A DNA stretch of 64,000 nucleotides from Candidatus Poriferihabitaceae bacterium (lineage in GTDB: Bacteria; Pseudomonadota; Gammaproteobacteria; Arenicellales; Poriferihabitantaceae), in the NCBI GenBank assembly GCA_965223465.1, contig OZ245025.1:641685-705684 (forward strand), written 5' to 3'. The notes below the pieces were generated by a model. The model saw nothing but the letters and a program-made list of their open reading frames with translations, made no database searches and was not told where the DNA came from. Position 1 is the stretch's first letter, and each line of letters begins with the position of its first letter. The translations under genes and the position numbers were made by a program. Shown one piece after another: positions 15,413 to 25,921 of this stretch.

Positions 15413-16523
15413 TTAGTATGCCCATGCATTCTCCTTGAACAATTCAACCTCTTCCGGTTGAACCACTTCCTCGGCCTCGCTGGCATCCCCTACAATTATC
15501 TTTCCAACCTCCAGGGCTTTCTTTAAGGCATCGCTCGAAATCCAGGTAGATTCCCATAGCTGCGGTGATTCACCATTAACAATTTTGCAAATAGGCTCTT
15601 CGCTTTCAAACTTGATACCGATGGCTTTTGGTTGGGTAACTCGCTGCAACCAAATTTCAAGATATCCGTTGTACGGAATTCGCGCCATTTTCTTTCGGAC
15701 TTTCGTCCACAATCGCACTTTATCATCACTCGGAGCAAGTGATATCAAATGGCTCAAGATTCCGGCTACAGCCGGAAACGTTGCTGGCGATACAGATGCG
15801 ATATCAGTTGCGATGGCGATTTGTACCTCCAAATCGTCAGGGGCTTCAGTTTGCTTTGAAACGCTTGTGTGAAACTCGCCTACTAACCTTCTCAGAGCCC
15901 CGCTATTCGGATACTTTTGGCCGAAGGAATGCAACCTTAACAGTTGCTTTTGTATCGTTTTCGCATTGGAATTTCCAAGATCCTGAAGTTCGATGCCGGC
16001 TAGCTTATCCGGCTTAATTGACCCTTCGACAACGTTTCTGCAGGAGAATGTTTTTGACACGCCGAGCTTCATACCCACAGATCGCAATTTGTCGCTTACA
16101 AGTTTAAGAACTGTTTCTGCTTTATCATCACTGTTGGCAAATATCCGATAATCATCCCTATATCGGAGTATTTTAAAATCCGCATTTTGTCCTACTTCTT
16201 GATTTATTTGCTCGTCCACATACCCAAGAACCATTTCCGCCACAAAGTCCATGAGAACCGAACCTTGTGAAATTCCATTTGTTTGACCATAACGGCCTGC
16301 CTGAATATGTGCATCAATCTTGTTGCCGAGAAGTGAGTTCTTTCCCTTATTGTTCTTGGCGTTGTCTAAGCCATGTAATGCCCATGAAATGCTATGCGTA
16401 TATAGCGATCCGTAGCAGTCGGTTACATCAGTATGGAGAAGATGATTGAACTCCAGAGAATAAATTAGTGATCGTTGCTCTACACTTTGCCACCAACTTT
16501 TGATCTGCGTTGCAACATCCGTC
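15413..16523 (-). pseudogene. Abi/UG-type (defence-class) reverse transcriptase, 5'-truncated by the IS21-family element
   Basis: The listed ORF (15413-16252) begins at an internal Met. The same frame stays open upstream to the IS end (16524). It reads ...LLHTDVTDCYGSLYTHSISWALHG...GISQGSVLMDFVAEMVL...ILRYRDDYRIF...MKLGVSKT, giving RT motifs 1/2, 4, 5 (YxDD) and 6. No start codon or N-terminal region remains. Confidence 0.75.
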
Positions 16524-16595
16524 TGTTAATTTGCATCCAAAATTGACCCGGGATTTGCACTGAATTTTGACCCGTCTATTTGGTCTGATTATGAC

Positions 16596-17369
16596 CTAAG
16601 TTGAGTTTCTTTTTTTAGCTTTCACCTCCTTCATTTTTGCTGTTGAATGCCTGAACCGGTAACTGTCATTACCCGTTTCAATGATATGGCAGTGATGGGT
16701 TAATCTGTCCAACAATGCCGTTGTTAATTTCGGATCACTGAACACACTAGACCATTCTGCAAAATCCAGATTAGTGGTAATGATGATACTAGTCTTCTCA
16801 TAGAGCCTGCTGATCAGATGGAATAATAATGCCCCACCGCTTTGACTGAACGGCAGATAGCCCAATTCATCCAGGATCACCAGATCGGTATGCAATAAAC
16901 GATTCGCCAGGCGCCCTGGTTTTCCCAATTGTTTCTCCTGCTCAAGCTGGTTGACCAGTTCAATTACGGACAGACAACGCACCCTGAGATGGCGATGCTG
17001 TATGGCCTGTACACCAATGGCTGTTGCCAGATGTGTTTTGCCCGTACCCGGGCCGCCCACGAAGACGATATTCTGCGCGTCTTCCAGAAACTCACAGCGA
17101 TGCAAGGCCCGGATAAGTGCTTCATCGGCCTCGCTCTCGCTAAAATCAAAGCCAGCCAGATCTCGATAGGCCGGGAACCTGGCTACCTTCATCTGGTAGT
17201 TGATGGAACGGACTTCCCGTTCAGCCACCTCAGCCTTAAGCAAGACCTCCAGGATCGGTATCGCCTGCTGATAAGCAGGTGCAGACTGAGTGGACATGGT
17301 CGCAATGGTCTCAGCCATACCAAACAGCTTGAGAGACTTCAACGTAGTAATCATGGCTTGCGCTTTCAT
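16596..17369 (-). CDS. istB: IS21-family helper ATPase IstB
   Basis: The Walker A motif [20 protein letters not shown], and a DnaA/DnaC-like AAA+ fold are present. The start overlaps the istA stop (ATGA). Confidence 0.95.
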   Translation of the reverse strand: MKAQAMITTLKSLKLFGMAETIATMSTQSAPAYQQAIPILEVLLKAEVAEREVRSINYQMKVARFPAYRDLAGFDFSESEADEALIRALHRCEFLEDAQNIVFVGGPGTGKTHLATAIGVQAIQHRHLRVRCLSVIELVNQLEQEKQLGKPGRLANRLLHTDLVILDELGYLPFSQSGGALLFHLISRLYEKTSIIITTNLDFAEWSSVFSDPKLTTALLDRLTHHCHIIETGNDSYRFRHSTAKMKEVKAKKRNST

Positions 17370-18904
17370 TGCTTGCCTCCACGAAGACGATCATAGCGCC
17401 GGGTGTTGGCCACAGGCTCATTCACCAGCTTCAGCGCTGCAGGTGTTCGAAGCGACTTGGGACGAGGGGGGTCACTGAGCCTGCTCAGGCAATTGAGTAC
17501 ATGCTCCCGGGACGGGTGTTCAACCTTCAGAGCTTCGTTAACTGCCCGTTCAACCAATTGCTCATCGTGCAACAGCACCAGGGCCAGTACATCAACCATC
17601 TCACGATCACCACCAGGGTGCTTTAACAATCGGGTTTGCAGTTGTTGGAAACTCTCCGGCAGTTCCTTGAAGGGGGCACCATTACGTAACGCCCCAGGCT
17701 TACGCTGTACCACTGACAGATAGTGGCGCCAGTCATATATTGTCCTGCCGCTGCTGCCATGATCGCGGGTAAAGACCCGTTCATGAACGGCCACCTGGCG
17801 GGCTTCAGCCACAATCACCAACCGTTCGGCATACACGCGCAGGCTCACCACCCGGTTGGCAAAGCTCGCCGGGACACTGTATCGATTATGTTCAAAGGTG
17901 ATCAGACAGGTCGAGGTAACACGTTTGCTGTGTTCAACAAAGCCGTCAAAGGCAGCGGGCACCTCCATCAGATTTGCTTGCTCCTGTTGCCAGTAATCGT
18001 AGATCGTCTTTAGTTTGTCCTGGGGATGGGCCGATTCTTGCCACAGATCAATACAGCGCTTAAGCAACCAGCGGTTCAGTTCAGCGAGCGATTTGAATCG
18101 GGGGGCATCCTGCCATATCCGGTACCGCGCATCGCGTACCCCTTTCTCCACCTGACCTTTCTCCCAGCCCGCTGCAGGGTTGCAGAACTCCGCTTCGAAT
18201 AGATAGTGGCTAGCCATCGCTTGAAAGCGCCGGTTGATGGTCCGTTGCTTGCCGCGACCTACTTTATCCACCGCTGTCTTCATGTTGTCATATATCCCCC
18301 GTTCTGGAACACCACCGAAGATGCCGAAGGCATGGTAGTGCGCATCAAACAGCATCTCGTGGCTCTGCAACAGGTAGGCCCGCAGGTAGAAGGCCCGACT
18401 GTGGCTGAGCTTGAAGTGCGCAATCTGCAACTTGGTGTTCACGCCATTGATCACCGCATAGTCTTCGCTCCAGTCGAACTGGAAGGCTTCTCCTGGCGCA
18501 AAGGATAAGGGAACATAGGTGTGTTTGCCCGCACCTCGCTTTGCCTCCTGCTGTTCCTGCCTCCAGGCGCGAGCAAAGGCAGCCACTCGATCATACGAAC
18601 CTGTAAACCCAAGCTTAACCAAATCACTGTGCAGTCGCCGCATCGTGCGTCGCTGCTTGCGGTGTCTTCTTGATTCCCTAAACAGCCAATTGGTCAGTGT
18701 CTGCTCATAATCATCAAGCTTGGATGGACTCTTCCTGCTGGGGTAGCTCGGCTCCACCACGCCACTAGCGAGGTACTTGCGAACTGTATTACGGGACAGC
18801 CCGGTTCGCCTTGCTATCTCTCGAATCGGCATCCCCTGGCGGAAATGCCATCGTCTTATTACACTTAATAACGCCACGTCTATCACTCCGATTATCTCCT
18901 GCAT
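17366..18904 (-). CDS. istA: IS21-family transposase IstA
   Basis: 512 aa, with an N-terminal HTH ([19 protein letters not shown]) and a DDE integrase core (FQFDWSE...). Confidence 0.95.
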   Translation of the reverse strand: MQEIIGVIDVALLSVIRRWHFRQGMPIREIARRTGLSRNTVRKYLASGVVEPSYPSRKSPSKLDDYEQTLTNWLFRESRRHRKQRRTMRRLHSDLVKLGFTGSYDRVAAFARAWRQEQQEAKRGAGKHTYVPLSFAPGEAFQFDWSEDYAVINGVNTKLQIAHFKLSHSRAFYLRAYLLQSHEMLFDAHYHAFGIFGGVPERGIYDNMKTAVDKVGRGKQRTINRRFQAMASHYLFEAEFCNPAAGWEKGQVEKGVRDARYRIWQDAPRFKSLAELNRWLLKRCIDLWQESAHPQDKLKTIYDYWQQEQANLMEVPAAFDGFVEHSKRVTSTCLITFEHNRYSVPASFANRVVSLRVYAERLVIVAEARQVAVHERVFTRDHGSSGRTIYDWRHYLSVVQRKPGALRNGAPFKELPESFQQLQTRLLKHPGGDREMVDVLALVLLHDEQLVERAVNEALKVEHPSREHVLNCLSRLSDPPRPKSLRTPAALKLVNEPVANTRRYDRLRGGKQ

Positions 18905-19003
18905 TAGTTCTTCGCAGGAGGGGTTGTACGTGGGTCAAAATTCGATGCAAATACCTAGCCTTAGTGGGTCAATTTTGGATGCAAATTAACATTTCAACGA
19001 ATA

Positions 19004-19732
19004 ATGCTTGATACCGAATGCGTTGGTGCTGATTGGGTCAAAGATTCTCAGGGAGAGCTGTCGTCGCGCGACCGCCTGAACATTTATCATAACGCCTACC
19101 GTATTCGATTGATCGATGTTTTGCTTGATACCTTTGAGCATACGGCTGTTTATTTAGGGGATAACTGGTTTAAGCAGCTGGCTTCAGCCTATGTTCAATT
19201 TCACGGCTCAATTTATACCAACATTGGCTTGTACGGTCTTGATTTCCCTAAATTTCTAGCAAAACAATTGCCCGATGATTTAGATGTTTCTGAGCTAGCA
19301 GAAATGGATTGGAAGCTGCGCAGGGTATTTGACGGGCCCGATAGCGTAGCCATGACTCGCTCTGATATCCAACAACTCGCGTCGGGAGAATCTGAGAGTC
19401 GATTACACTTTATAGCGACGATGAGCGTCATCACGCAAAAATTCAATACTTTGGATATTTGGCATGCCATCAATCAAGAACAAACCCCACCTAAAGCACA
19501 GTTGCAAACAGAACCGGTTGACGTTTTAATTTGGCGCAAGGGGTATTCACCTCATTTTAGGAGCCTTTCGGTTATCGAATCATCCGCTATTGCACACCTT
19601 ACTAATTACCGCACACTGGATGATATTGGTCGCGCATTAGGCTTGGATTATCCTGACGTCGATGTTGCGACGGAGTTTGGCTTGATGCTAAATCGCTGGC
19701 TGGACGATGAGATTTTATGCAAGTCTGAATAG
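19004..19732 (+). CDS. DUF2063 (putative DNA-binding) domain protein, with its 5' end abutting or clipped by the IS
   Basis: RLNIYHNAYRIRLIDVLLDTFEHTAVYLGDNWFKQLASAYVQFHG matches the DUF2063 core. The frame is open from the IS boundary (18992, FQRIMLDTE...). The DUF692 partner gene usually found upstream is absent. Confidence 0.7.
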   Translation: MLDTECVGADWVKDSQGELSSRDRLNIYHNAYRIRLIDVLLDTFEHTAVYLGDNWFKQLASAYVQFHGSIYTNIGLYGLDFPKFLAKQLPDDLDVSELAEMDWKLRRVFDGPDSVAMTRSDIQQLASGESESRLHFIATMSVITQKFNTLDIWHAINQEQTPPKAQLQTEPVDVLIWRKGYSPHFRSLSVIESSAIAHLTNYRTLDDIGRALGLDYPDVDVATEFGLMLNRWLDDEILCKSE

Positions 19733-20064
19733 CGTCTCAGTATGCGTCCAGCTTGAAAAGGAGGCCGAGTTCCTTGTTTTGTCGGAATAACGCTTAATTC
19801 TTGTTCCGTATTTCTGGGGTTGGCCTGGTTTACAAACCCATATTGGTTTTAACCCATTATTTCTATAGCGCTAATTGAAACGTAAGGTTATGGTTTTATA
19901 CCCACTTACACTCTTTCAAAAAACAGGTGAACATGGCTTTTCAAAACACCGCTGCATTTACTTGGATACAGTTTAGCGCGGTTCCGGAAATTCGCTATGG
20001 TATATACGTTAGTTTTAAATGCTGAGGCATCAAGCGCATCATAACCACGCTTAAACCGACTGGC

Positions 20065-23000
20065 TCAACTAAGGCTTGGCGCCAACCATCTGCGTGCTTC
20101 TTTGATATCCATACCCTTAAGATCGGCATATTGGGCGAGCTGATCTTCATCAATTTTACCCACGCCAAAATATTGGCTTTGTGGATGCGCAAAATACCAG
20201 CCTGAAACCGAGGCGGCAGGCAGCATAGCAAAACTTTCGGTAATGCTAATGCCAACTTTGGAATCTGCTTCCAGCAAAGACCACAGCGCGGCTTTTTCAG
20301 TATGATCGGGGCACGCAGGGTAACCCGGCGCGGGCCGAATACCCTGATAGTGTTCTTTAATCAAGGCTTCATTATCAAGTTGTTCATTCTTCGTATAGCC
20401 CCAGAAATCGATACGCACGCGCTGATGCAAGCGTTCAGCAAAGGCTTCTGCCAGGCGATCTGCCAGTACTTTCAGCATTATTGCGTTGTAATCATCGTGA
20501 TCTACCTCAAAGCGCTTAACGTGCTCCTCAATACCGATACCAGCCGTGACCGCAAAACCGCCGAGGTAATCGCTTAGCTTGCTTGATTTCGGGGCAATCC
20601 AATCACTCAGACATTGGTTCGGCTTGCCATCTGGCCGTGCGCTTTGTTGGCGTAAATGGTGGAGGCTAAGAACGTGTTCTTGCTGGTTATTTTGGGTGTA
20701 GATTTCGATGCGCTCGTTATCGCTACGCGCGGGGAAAAACCCAAATACGGCTTTTGCTTGCAGCCAACCTTCATCGATGATTTTATCCAGCATGGCTTGG
20801 GCGTCGTTAAATAATTCGCGTGCATGCGCACCCTTGGCTGGGTCATCCAGTATTTTCGGGTAACTGGCGCTTAACTCCCAAGCGTGAAAGAAAGGTGTCC
20901 AGTCAATGAACTCGCGCAGATCTTGCAGTGGGTAATCTTCAAACACAAATAATCTATGGCCATGGGCTGACGTGGTTTCGCGTAAACCTTCGACATTTAA
21001 TTCAGGCTGCTGTAACAGGGCAGGGGTGGGTGGTTGATACTGATTCCAATCAATTTGGGTTTTATTTTCCTGCGCGGCTGAGAATGGAATCAAACGGCTG
21101 CGCTGGCCACGGTTTGCGCGTTGCGTACGTACCTTTTCATATTCTGCCTTGATCTCCTGCGCATACGCTAATGCTTCACTCCCTAACAAGCTCGCCGCGA
21201 CTCCAACCGCACGAGAGGCATCCTTAACATACACCGCGGTATGTTCATACTGCGGATCTATTTTCACCGCCGTATGCGCGCGTGACGTGGTGGCGCCGCC
21301 AATCATGACCGGAATATCCATACCCAGACGCGCCAGTTCGCTGGCAATATGTACCATTTCGTCAAGTGAAGGGGTAATCAGGCCGGATAGGCCGATAATA
21401 TCCACTTTTTCGTCCACCGCAGTTTGGATGATGGTGGAGGCAGGGACCATCACGCCTAAATCGATGACCTCAAAGTTATTACACTGCAGTACGACGCCCA
21501 CAATATTCTTGCCGATATCATGCACATCCCCTTTAACCGTTGCCATCAAGATTTTGCCTGCAGTTTGCGCAGCCGATCCATCTTTCTCAGCTTCGATATA
21601 AGGCATGAGATAGGCAACCGCCTTTTTCATCACACGCGCGGATTTCACCACTTGCGGCAGAAACATTTTGCCCGCGCCAAATAAATCACCCACCACATCC
21701 ATACCCGCCATCAACGGGCCTTCAATTACTTCCAGGGGTTTGTCTGCTTGCAGGCGCGCTTCTTCGGTATCCGCTTCGATATATTTGGTAATGCCCTTGA
21801 CCAGTGCATGGGATAAGCGGCTGTTAACGTCTTGCTCGCGCCATTCGTCCGTTTCTACCGCTTTGGCTTTACCGGTGGCGTCTTTAAATTGTTCAGCGAT
21901 GTCCAGCAGGCGTTCGGTTCCATTTTCATCCCGATTCAGCACGACATCCTCGACCACCTCACGCAGTGCTTCGGGCAATTCGTCATACACCGCGAGTTGC
22001 CCAGCGTTGACGATACCCATATCCATGCCGGCATTGATAGCGTGAAATAAAAACACCGCATGAATGGCTTCACGTACCGGATTATTACCGCGAAATGAAA
22101 AGCTGACGTTAGACACGCCACCCGAGACCAGCGCGTGCGGTAGGGTAGCTTTGATTTCGCGTGTGGCTTTGATGAAATCCAGCCCATAGGCATTGTGTTC
22201 TTCAATACCGGTGGCAATAGCGAAAATGTTGGGGTCAAAGATAATATCCTGTGGGGCAAAGCCGACGGTTTCTGTCAGAATTTGGTAGGCGCGCGCGCAG
22301 ATCTCAACTTTTCGCGCTTGGGTATCGGCCTGTCCGGTTTCATCAAATGCCATTACAATCACCGCCGCACCATATTTAAGGCATAGCTTGGCATGACTAA
22401 TAAAAGCTTCCTCACCTTCTTTAAGTGAGATGGAGTTGACGATGCCTTTGCCCTGAATACATTGTAGGCCGGCTTCGATGATGTCCCACTTGGATGAATC
22501 GATCATTACGGGAACGCGCGCAATATCGGGCTCAGTGGCGCATAGATTCAGAAAACGAATCATCGCCGCTTTGCCGTCAAGCATACCTTCATCCATGTTG
22601 ACATCGATAATCTGTGCACCATTTTCCACTTGGCTACGGCAGATATCCAGCGCTTCTTCGTACTTCTCTGCCAGAATCAAGCGTTTAAAAATCGCCGAAC
22701 CGGTTACATTCGCGCGTTCACCCACGTTTACAAACAGAGAATCTTGCGCAATATTAAACGGTTCCAGTCCGGATAGCCGCGTTTCAATGGGTAAATCAGG
22801 TATCAGGCGTGGCTTCACACCTGAAATCGCATCCGCCATTGCCTGAATATGCGCAGGTGTGGTGCCGCAACAGCCGCCCACGATATTTAAAAAACCTTGT
22901 TTCGCCCATTCACAGATATGCCCTGCCACGTCTTCAGCGGACATATCATATTCGCCAAATTCATTGGGCAAACCTGCGTTAGGATGCGCTGAAACGCTGG

Positions 23001-23808
23001 TATCTGCTACTCGACTTAATTCTTCAACGTATTCACGCAATAAATCCGGCCCCAGCGCGCAGTTTAATCCAATAGAAACCGGCTTGGCATGGATGACCGA
23101 ATTATAAAATGCTTCCGTGGTTTGCCCGGATAAGGTGCGCCCGGATTGATCAGTAATCGTACCCGAGATCATGATAGGTAACTCGACGCCTACTTTCTCA
23201 AAGGTTTGTATTACCGCAAAGATGGCCGCTTTGGCGTTGAGGGTATCAAAAATAGTCTCGATTAGAATGACATCCACCTCGCCTTCGATCAGCGCTTCAG
23301 TCGCTTCGCAATAGGTTTCAACCAACTGGTTGAAGTTGACGTTACGGTAGCCCGGGTCATTGACATCCGGCGATAGTGAAGCAGTGCGGCTGGTGGGCCC
23401 GAGCACACCCGCAACAAAGCGTGGTTTGTACGCGGTTGACCATTTGTCCGCGGCTTTGCGGGCAACTTGAGCAGCCGCCAGATTGATCGTTGTCACCTGA
23501 TCTTCCATTCCGTAATCGGCCATTCCAAACTGATTGGCGTTAAAAGAATTGGTTTCGATAATATCCGCGCCTGCGGCCAGATATTTTTCGTGAATCTGCT
23601 GCAGAATATCAGGCTGGGTGATGCTCAGCAGATCGTTATTGCCTTTTACATCTGACGGCCAGTCTTTAAACTGTTCACCGCGATAATCGGCTTCTTCCAA
23701 GGAATGCGCCTGAATCATGGTGCCCATCGCACCATCGAGCAATAAAATGCGGTCGCTTAACGCGGATTCAAACGCCTGCTTACGTTGCCTGATTTGAGTT
23801 GTATTCAT
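20065..23808 (-). CDS. metH: cobalamin-dependent methionine synthase
   Basis: 1247 aa. The Hcy-binding, pterin-binding, B12-binding ([10 protein letters not shown]) and AdoMet-activation domains all appear in order. Confidence 0.97.
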   Translation of the reverse strand: MNTTQIRQRKQAFESALSDRILLLDGAMGTMIQAHSLEEADYRGEQFKDWPSDVKGNNDLLSITQPDILQQIHEKYLAAGADIIETNSFNANQFGMADYGMEDQVTTINLAAAQVARKAADKWSTAYKPRFVAGVLGPTSRTASLSPDVNDPGYRNVNFNQLVETYCEATEALIEGEVDVILIETIFDTLNAKAAIFAVIQTFEKVGVELPIMISGTITDQSGRTLSGQTTEAFYNSVIHAKPVSIGLNCALGPDLLREYVEELSRVADTSVSAHPNAGLPNEFGEYDMSAEDVAGHICEWAKQGFLNIVGGCCGTTPAHIQAMADAISGVKPRLIPDLPIETRLSGLEPFNIAQDSLFVNVGERANVTGSAIFKRLILAEKYEEALDICRSQVENGAQIIDVNMDEGMLDGKAAMIRFLNLCATEPDIARVPVMIDSSKWDIIEAGLQCIQGKGIVNSISLKEGEEAFISHAKLCLKYGAAVIVMAFDETGQADTQARKVEICARAYQILTETVGFAPQDIIFDPNIFAIATGIEEHNAYGLDFIKATREIKATLPHALVSGGVSNVSFSFRGNNPVREAIHAVFLFHAINAGMDMGIVNAGQLAVYDELPEALREVVEDVVLNRDENGTERLLDIAEQFKDATGKAKAVETDEWREQDVNSRLSHALVKGITKYIEADTEEARLQADKPLEVIEGPLMAGMDVVGDLFGAGKMFLPQVVKSARVMKKAVAYLMPYIEAEKDGSAAQTAGKILMATVKGDVHDIGKNIVGVVLQCNNFEVIDLGVMVPASTIIQTAVDEKVDIIGLSGLITPSLDEMVHIASELARLGMDIPVMIGGATTSRAHTAVKIDPQYEHTAVYVKDASRAVGVAASLLGSEALAYAQEIKAEYEKVRTQRANRGQRSRLIPFSAAQENKTQIDWNQYQPPTPALLQQPELNVEGLRETTSAHGHRLFVFEDYPLQDLREFIDWTPFFHAWELSASYPKILDDPAKGAHARELFNDAQAMLDKIIDEGWLQAKAVFGFFPARSDNERIEIYTQNNQQEHVLSLHHLRQQSARPDGKPNQCLSDWIAPKSSKLSDYLGGFAVTAGIGIEEHVKRFEVDHDDYNAIMLKVLADRLAEAFAERLHQRVRIDFWGYTKNEQLDNEALIKEHYQGIRPAPGYPACPDHTEKAALWSLLEADSKVGISITESFAMLPAASVSGWYFAHPQSQYFGVGKIDEDQLAQYADLKGMDIKEARRWLAPSLS

Positions 23809-24698
23809 GCTACGCGCCGCCCGCTAATTTGCGGTACACCGAGCACATTGCAAATCGCCTCGGTCGATTCCCATTTGTTCAGCGTGTATATATGAAAATC
23901 TTTTACCCCTTCATTTTTAAGCTGCAATACCAGTTCAGACGCGACCGTGACCGCCACCAACTCGCGTAATTTGGGGTTTTCATCCAAACCATTAAAGATT
24001 GAATGAAACCAATCCGGGATGCTGGCGCCGCAAGCCTTGGCAAAATGCTTCACGCGCGAATAGTTGGTTACGGGTAATATGCCGGGAATAATCGGAATGG
24101 TGATCCCTGCGGTTACGGCTAAATCACGAAAGTGTAAAAAAGCATCGGCATCAAAGAAAAACTGGGTAATCGCGCGATTCGCGCCGGCATCCATTTTGCG
24201 TTTAAGATAATCGATATCGGCAATCGCGGATTTGGCGCGCGGGTGGGTTTCCGGATAGGCTGCAACGCTGATATCAAACCCCCCCATTTTTTGGATATGC
24301 TCGATAAGTGATATGGAATCCTGAAAACCACCGGGATGCGGGGTAAAACTACCCTGACCTTCGGGGGGATCACCCCGTAGCGCGAGGATATGATCAATGC
24401 CCGCTTCCTTATAATCCAGCAACAGTTGATTGATTTCGTCTTTGGTTGCACCAACGATGGTTAGATGCGAGGCGGCCGGAATGTTTAACTCATCATGTAT
24501 GCGTTTGACCGTATCGAAAGTACGGTCCTGTGTAGAACCGCCCGCACCATAAGTGACCGAAGCAAAGTCAGGATTAAGTGGGGCAAGCTTTTCCAGCGTT
24601 TGCCATAGCCTGGTTTCGCTTTGCGGGCCAGTCGGCGGAAAAAATTCAAACGAGATGGCTAAATCATCTTGTAGGGGTGAAATAATGCAGTGATTCAT
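23805..24698 (-). CDS. metF: 5,10-methylenetetrahydrofolate reductase
   Basis: SFEFFPP...[10 protein letters not shown]...LRGD is the MetF signature. The stop overlaps the metH start by 4 nt. Confidence 0.95.
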   Translation of the reverse strand: MNHCIISPLQDDLAISFEFFPPTGPQSETRLWQTLEKLAPLNPDFASVTYGAGGSTQDRTFDTVKRIHDELNIPAASHLTIVGATKDEINQLLLDYKEAGIDHILALRGDPPEGQGSFTPHPGGFQDSISLIEHIQKMGGFDISVAAYPETHPRAKSAIADIDYLKRKMDAGANRAITQFFFDADAFLHFRDLAVTAGITIPIIPGILPVTNYSRVKHFAKACGASIPDWFHSIFNGLDENPKLRELVAVTVASELVLQLKNEGVKDFHIYTLNKWESTEAICNVLGVPQISGRRVA

Positions 24699-24719
24699 AA
24701 TTTTATTGTTTCTATTGTT

Positions 24720-25655
24720 TTATTGATGAGCCAGTACCCATAAAACGACGTCTAACCCATCGGCATCATTATGGGTAACTGCCTGAGAATGGCGCAGCTT
24801 AAGGTCGTTACTTTTGGCCCAAAATTCGACTTCACTATTAGCGAAACCCAAGCGTCGATGGGCATGATCTGTGCGTAAAAACTCATGTTGATGCTTGGCA
24901 AAATCAACAATCAATATATTGCCGTTCAGTGCTAACAGGCGTTTCGCTTCTTCAATCACCGCAAAGGGGCGATCCAGATAATGCAACACCTGGTGGATGG
25001 TAATAAGATCTGCTGAACCACTTTTCACGGGTAGCGCGGTGATGTCGCCTAATCTGGCCTGACAATGATTTAGACCTGCCTGTTCCAGGTTGGCACGCGC
25101 GAGTTTCAGCATTTCTTGACTGCTGTCATAACCTACCGCGCTTTTCACGTGCGGGGCAAAGATTTCTACCACGCGTCCCGTCCCCGTGCCCATATCAATC
25201 AAGTGACCAAAGTTACGCCCCTGAATGGTTTCCAACATGGCCGCTTCGATATTGGTATCCGAACCGACCATAGTACGAATCTGATCCCAGTCACCGGCAT
25301 TTTGCGCAAAATAGTCGGTGGCGAGTTTGGCGTTATGCAACTTGATTTTCTCCAAGCGCGCGCTATCTTGCTTAACGGTAGGGTCGTGAAAATCAATAAG
25401 CTCAATGACTTTCTTGCCTACTTCTGCGGTACTGGAATTTTCATCCAGCCGTTGGAAAACCCAGGAGCCTTCCTGGAACCGAGTGACCAGACCGGCTTCT
25501 AATAGTAATTTCAAATGGCGGCTCACGCGCGGTTGGCTCTGCCCCAACAAACTTACCAGTTCGGTTACGGTCAGCTCATATTGTGATAAAGCAGCTAAAA
25601 TGCGTAATCGAGTGGGTTCACCCGCAGCTTTGAGCGCCTTAATTAATCGGTTCAT
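24720..25655 (-). CDS. ArsR/SmtB-family HTH regulator fused to a class I SAM-dependent methyltransferase domain
   Basis: The N-terminus is an ArsR wHTH (LKALKAAGEPTRLRILAAL...LTVTELVSLLGQSQPRVSRHLKLLLEAGLV). The C-terminus carries methyltransferase motif I (LIDMGTGTGR). Confidence 0.85.
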   Translation of the reverse strand: MNRLIKALKAAGEPTRLRILAALSQYELTVTELVSLLGQSQPRVSRHLKLLLEAGLVTRFQEGSWVFQRLDENSSTAEVGKKVIELIDFHDPTVKQDSARLEKIKLHNAKLATDYFAQNAGDWDQIRTMVGSDTNIEAAMLETIQGRNFGHLIDMGTGTGRVVEIFAPHVKSAVGYDSSQEMLKLARANLEQAGLNHCQARLGDITALPVKSGSADLITIHQVLHYLDRPFAVIEEAKRLLALNGNILIVDFAKHQHEFLRTDHAHRRLGFANSEVEFWAKSNDLKLRHSQAVTHNDADGLDVVLWVLAHQ

Positions 25656-25679
25656 GATATAACAAAGAGAATATAGATT

Positions 25680-25697
25680 AAGATATAAACATATCTT
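25680..25697. promoter_or_regulatory. 18-bp palindrome, candidate operator upstream of the ArsR-MTase/metF/metH operon
   Basis: AAGATAT-aaac-ATATCTT lies 25-42 nt upstream of the regulator's start codon. Confidence 0.3.
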
Positions 25698-25829
25698 TAT
25701 GTGATAGTCAAATTCGATTCTACTGTATTTGTCTGGCGTTGGGAAATAGGCGTTTACCAGAGGAATCAGTTGATAGGGCGTATTGTTCTCTAATAATTGA
25801 TTTTACGGACAAGTTTTTAGCTTAAATGA

Positions 25830-25858
25830 TTGACTCATTATGGCTGGGCGCATAAAAT
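25830..25858 (+). promoter_or_regulatory. sigma70-type promoter of rplU-rpmA
   Basis: TTGACT-17 nt-TAAAAT is followed by a GC-rich discriminator (ctcgcgcc), as expected for a stringently controlled ribosomal-protein promoter. Confidence 0.55.
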
Positions 25859-25921
25859 CTCGCGCCTTGAATTTTGGCATCTATTCTGCCAAGAACCGAT
25901 TTATTTCCCGGAGTGAAACAG

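Larger units (their letters stand above)
11187..16523 (-). mobile_element. integron gene-cassette array without an integrase in the window (CALIN-like): 5 complete cassettes and 1 truncated
   Basis: Six attC sites alternate with ORFs that are all on the minus strand. For each of the five complete cassettes, the R' box of the upstream attC is the exact reverse complement of the cassette's own R'' box. The region is markedly AT-rich compared with its flanks. Confidence 0.8.
16524..18991 (-). mobile_element. IS21-family insertion sequence (2468 bp)
   Basis: There are perfect 26-bp terminal inverted repeats, TGTTAATTTGCATCCAAAATTGACCC (16524-16549 and the reverse complement of 18966-18991). Each end also has a second subterminal ...TTTTGACCC repeat, typical of IS21 multi-repeat ends. 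The element encodes overlapping istA/istB. The flanks (..CCGTC | TTTCA..) show no direct repeat. Confidence 0.9.

Noticed and set aside
14818-15486. 222-aa minus-strand ORF as listed in the track (and the 66-aa ORF at 14751-14951).
   Set aside because: The N-terminal 62 codons run through the attC at 15309-15381 and into the end of the RT gene. An internal ATG at 15300 gives a textbook lipoprotein signal peptide. The 14751-14951 ORF spans another attC and lies out of frame within the lipoprotein gene.
16524-19732. Search for an integron integrase (intI) or attI next to the array.
   Set aside because: The only recombination genes present are IS21 istA/istB (DDE transposase and AAA+ helper). 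No ORF with tyrosine-recombinase R..H..R..Y features occurs anywhere in the window.
180-25655. Numerous 60-160-aa ORFs nested antisense or out of frame within ppdK, aprA, istA, metH, metF and the ArsR-MTase gene.
   Set aside because: They lie entirely inside long, confidently identified genes and carry no motifs. They are typical shadow ORFs.
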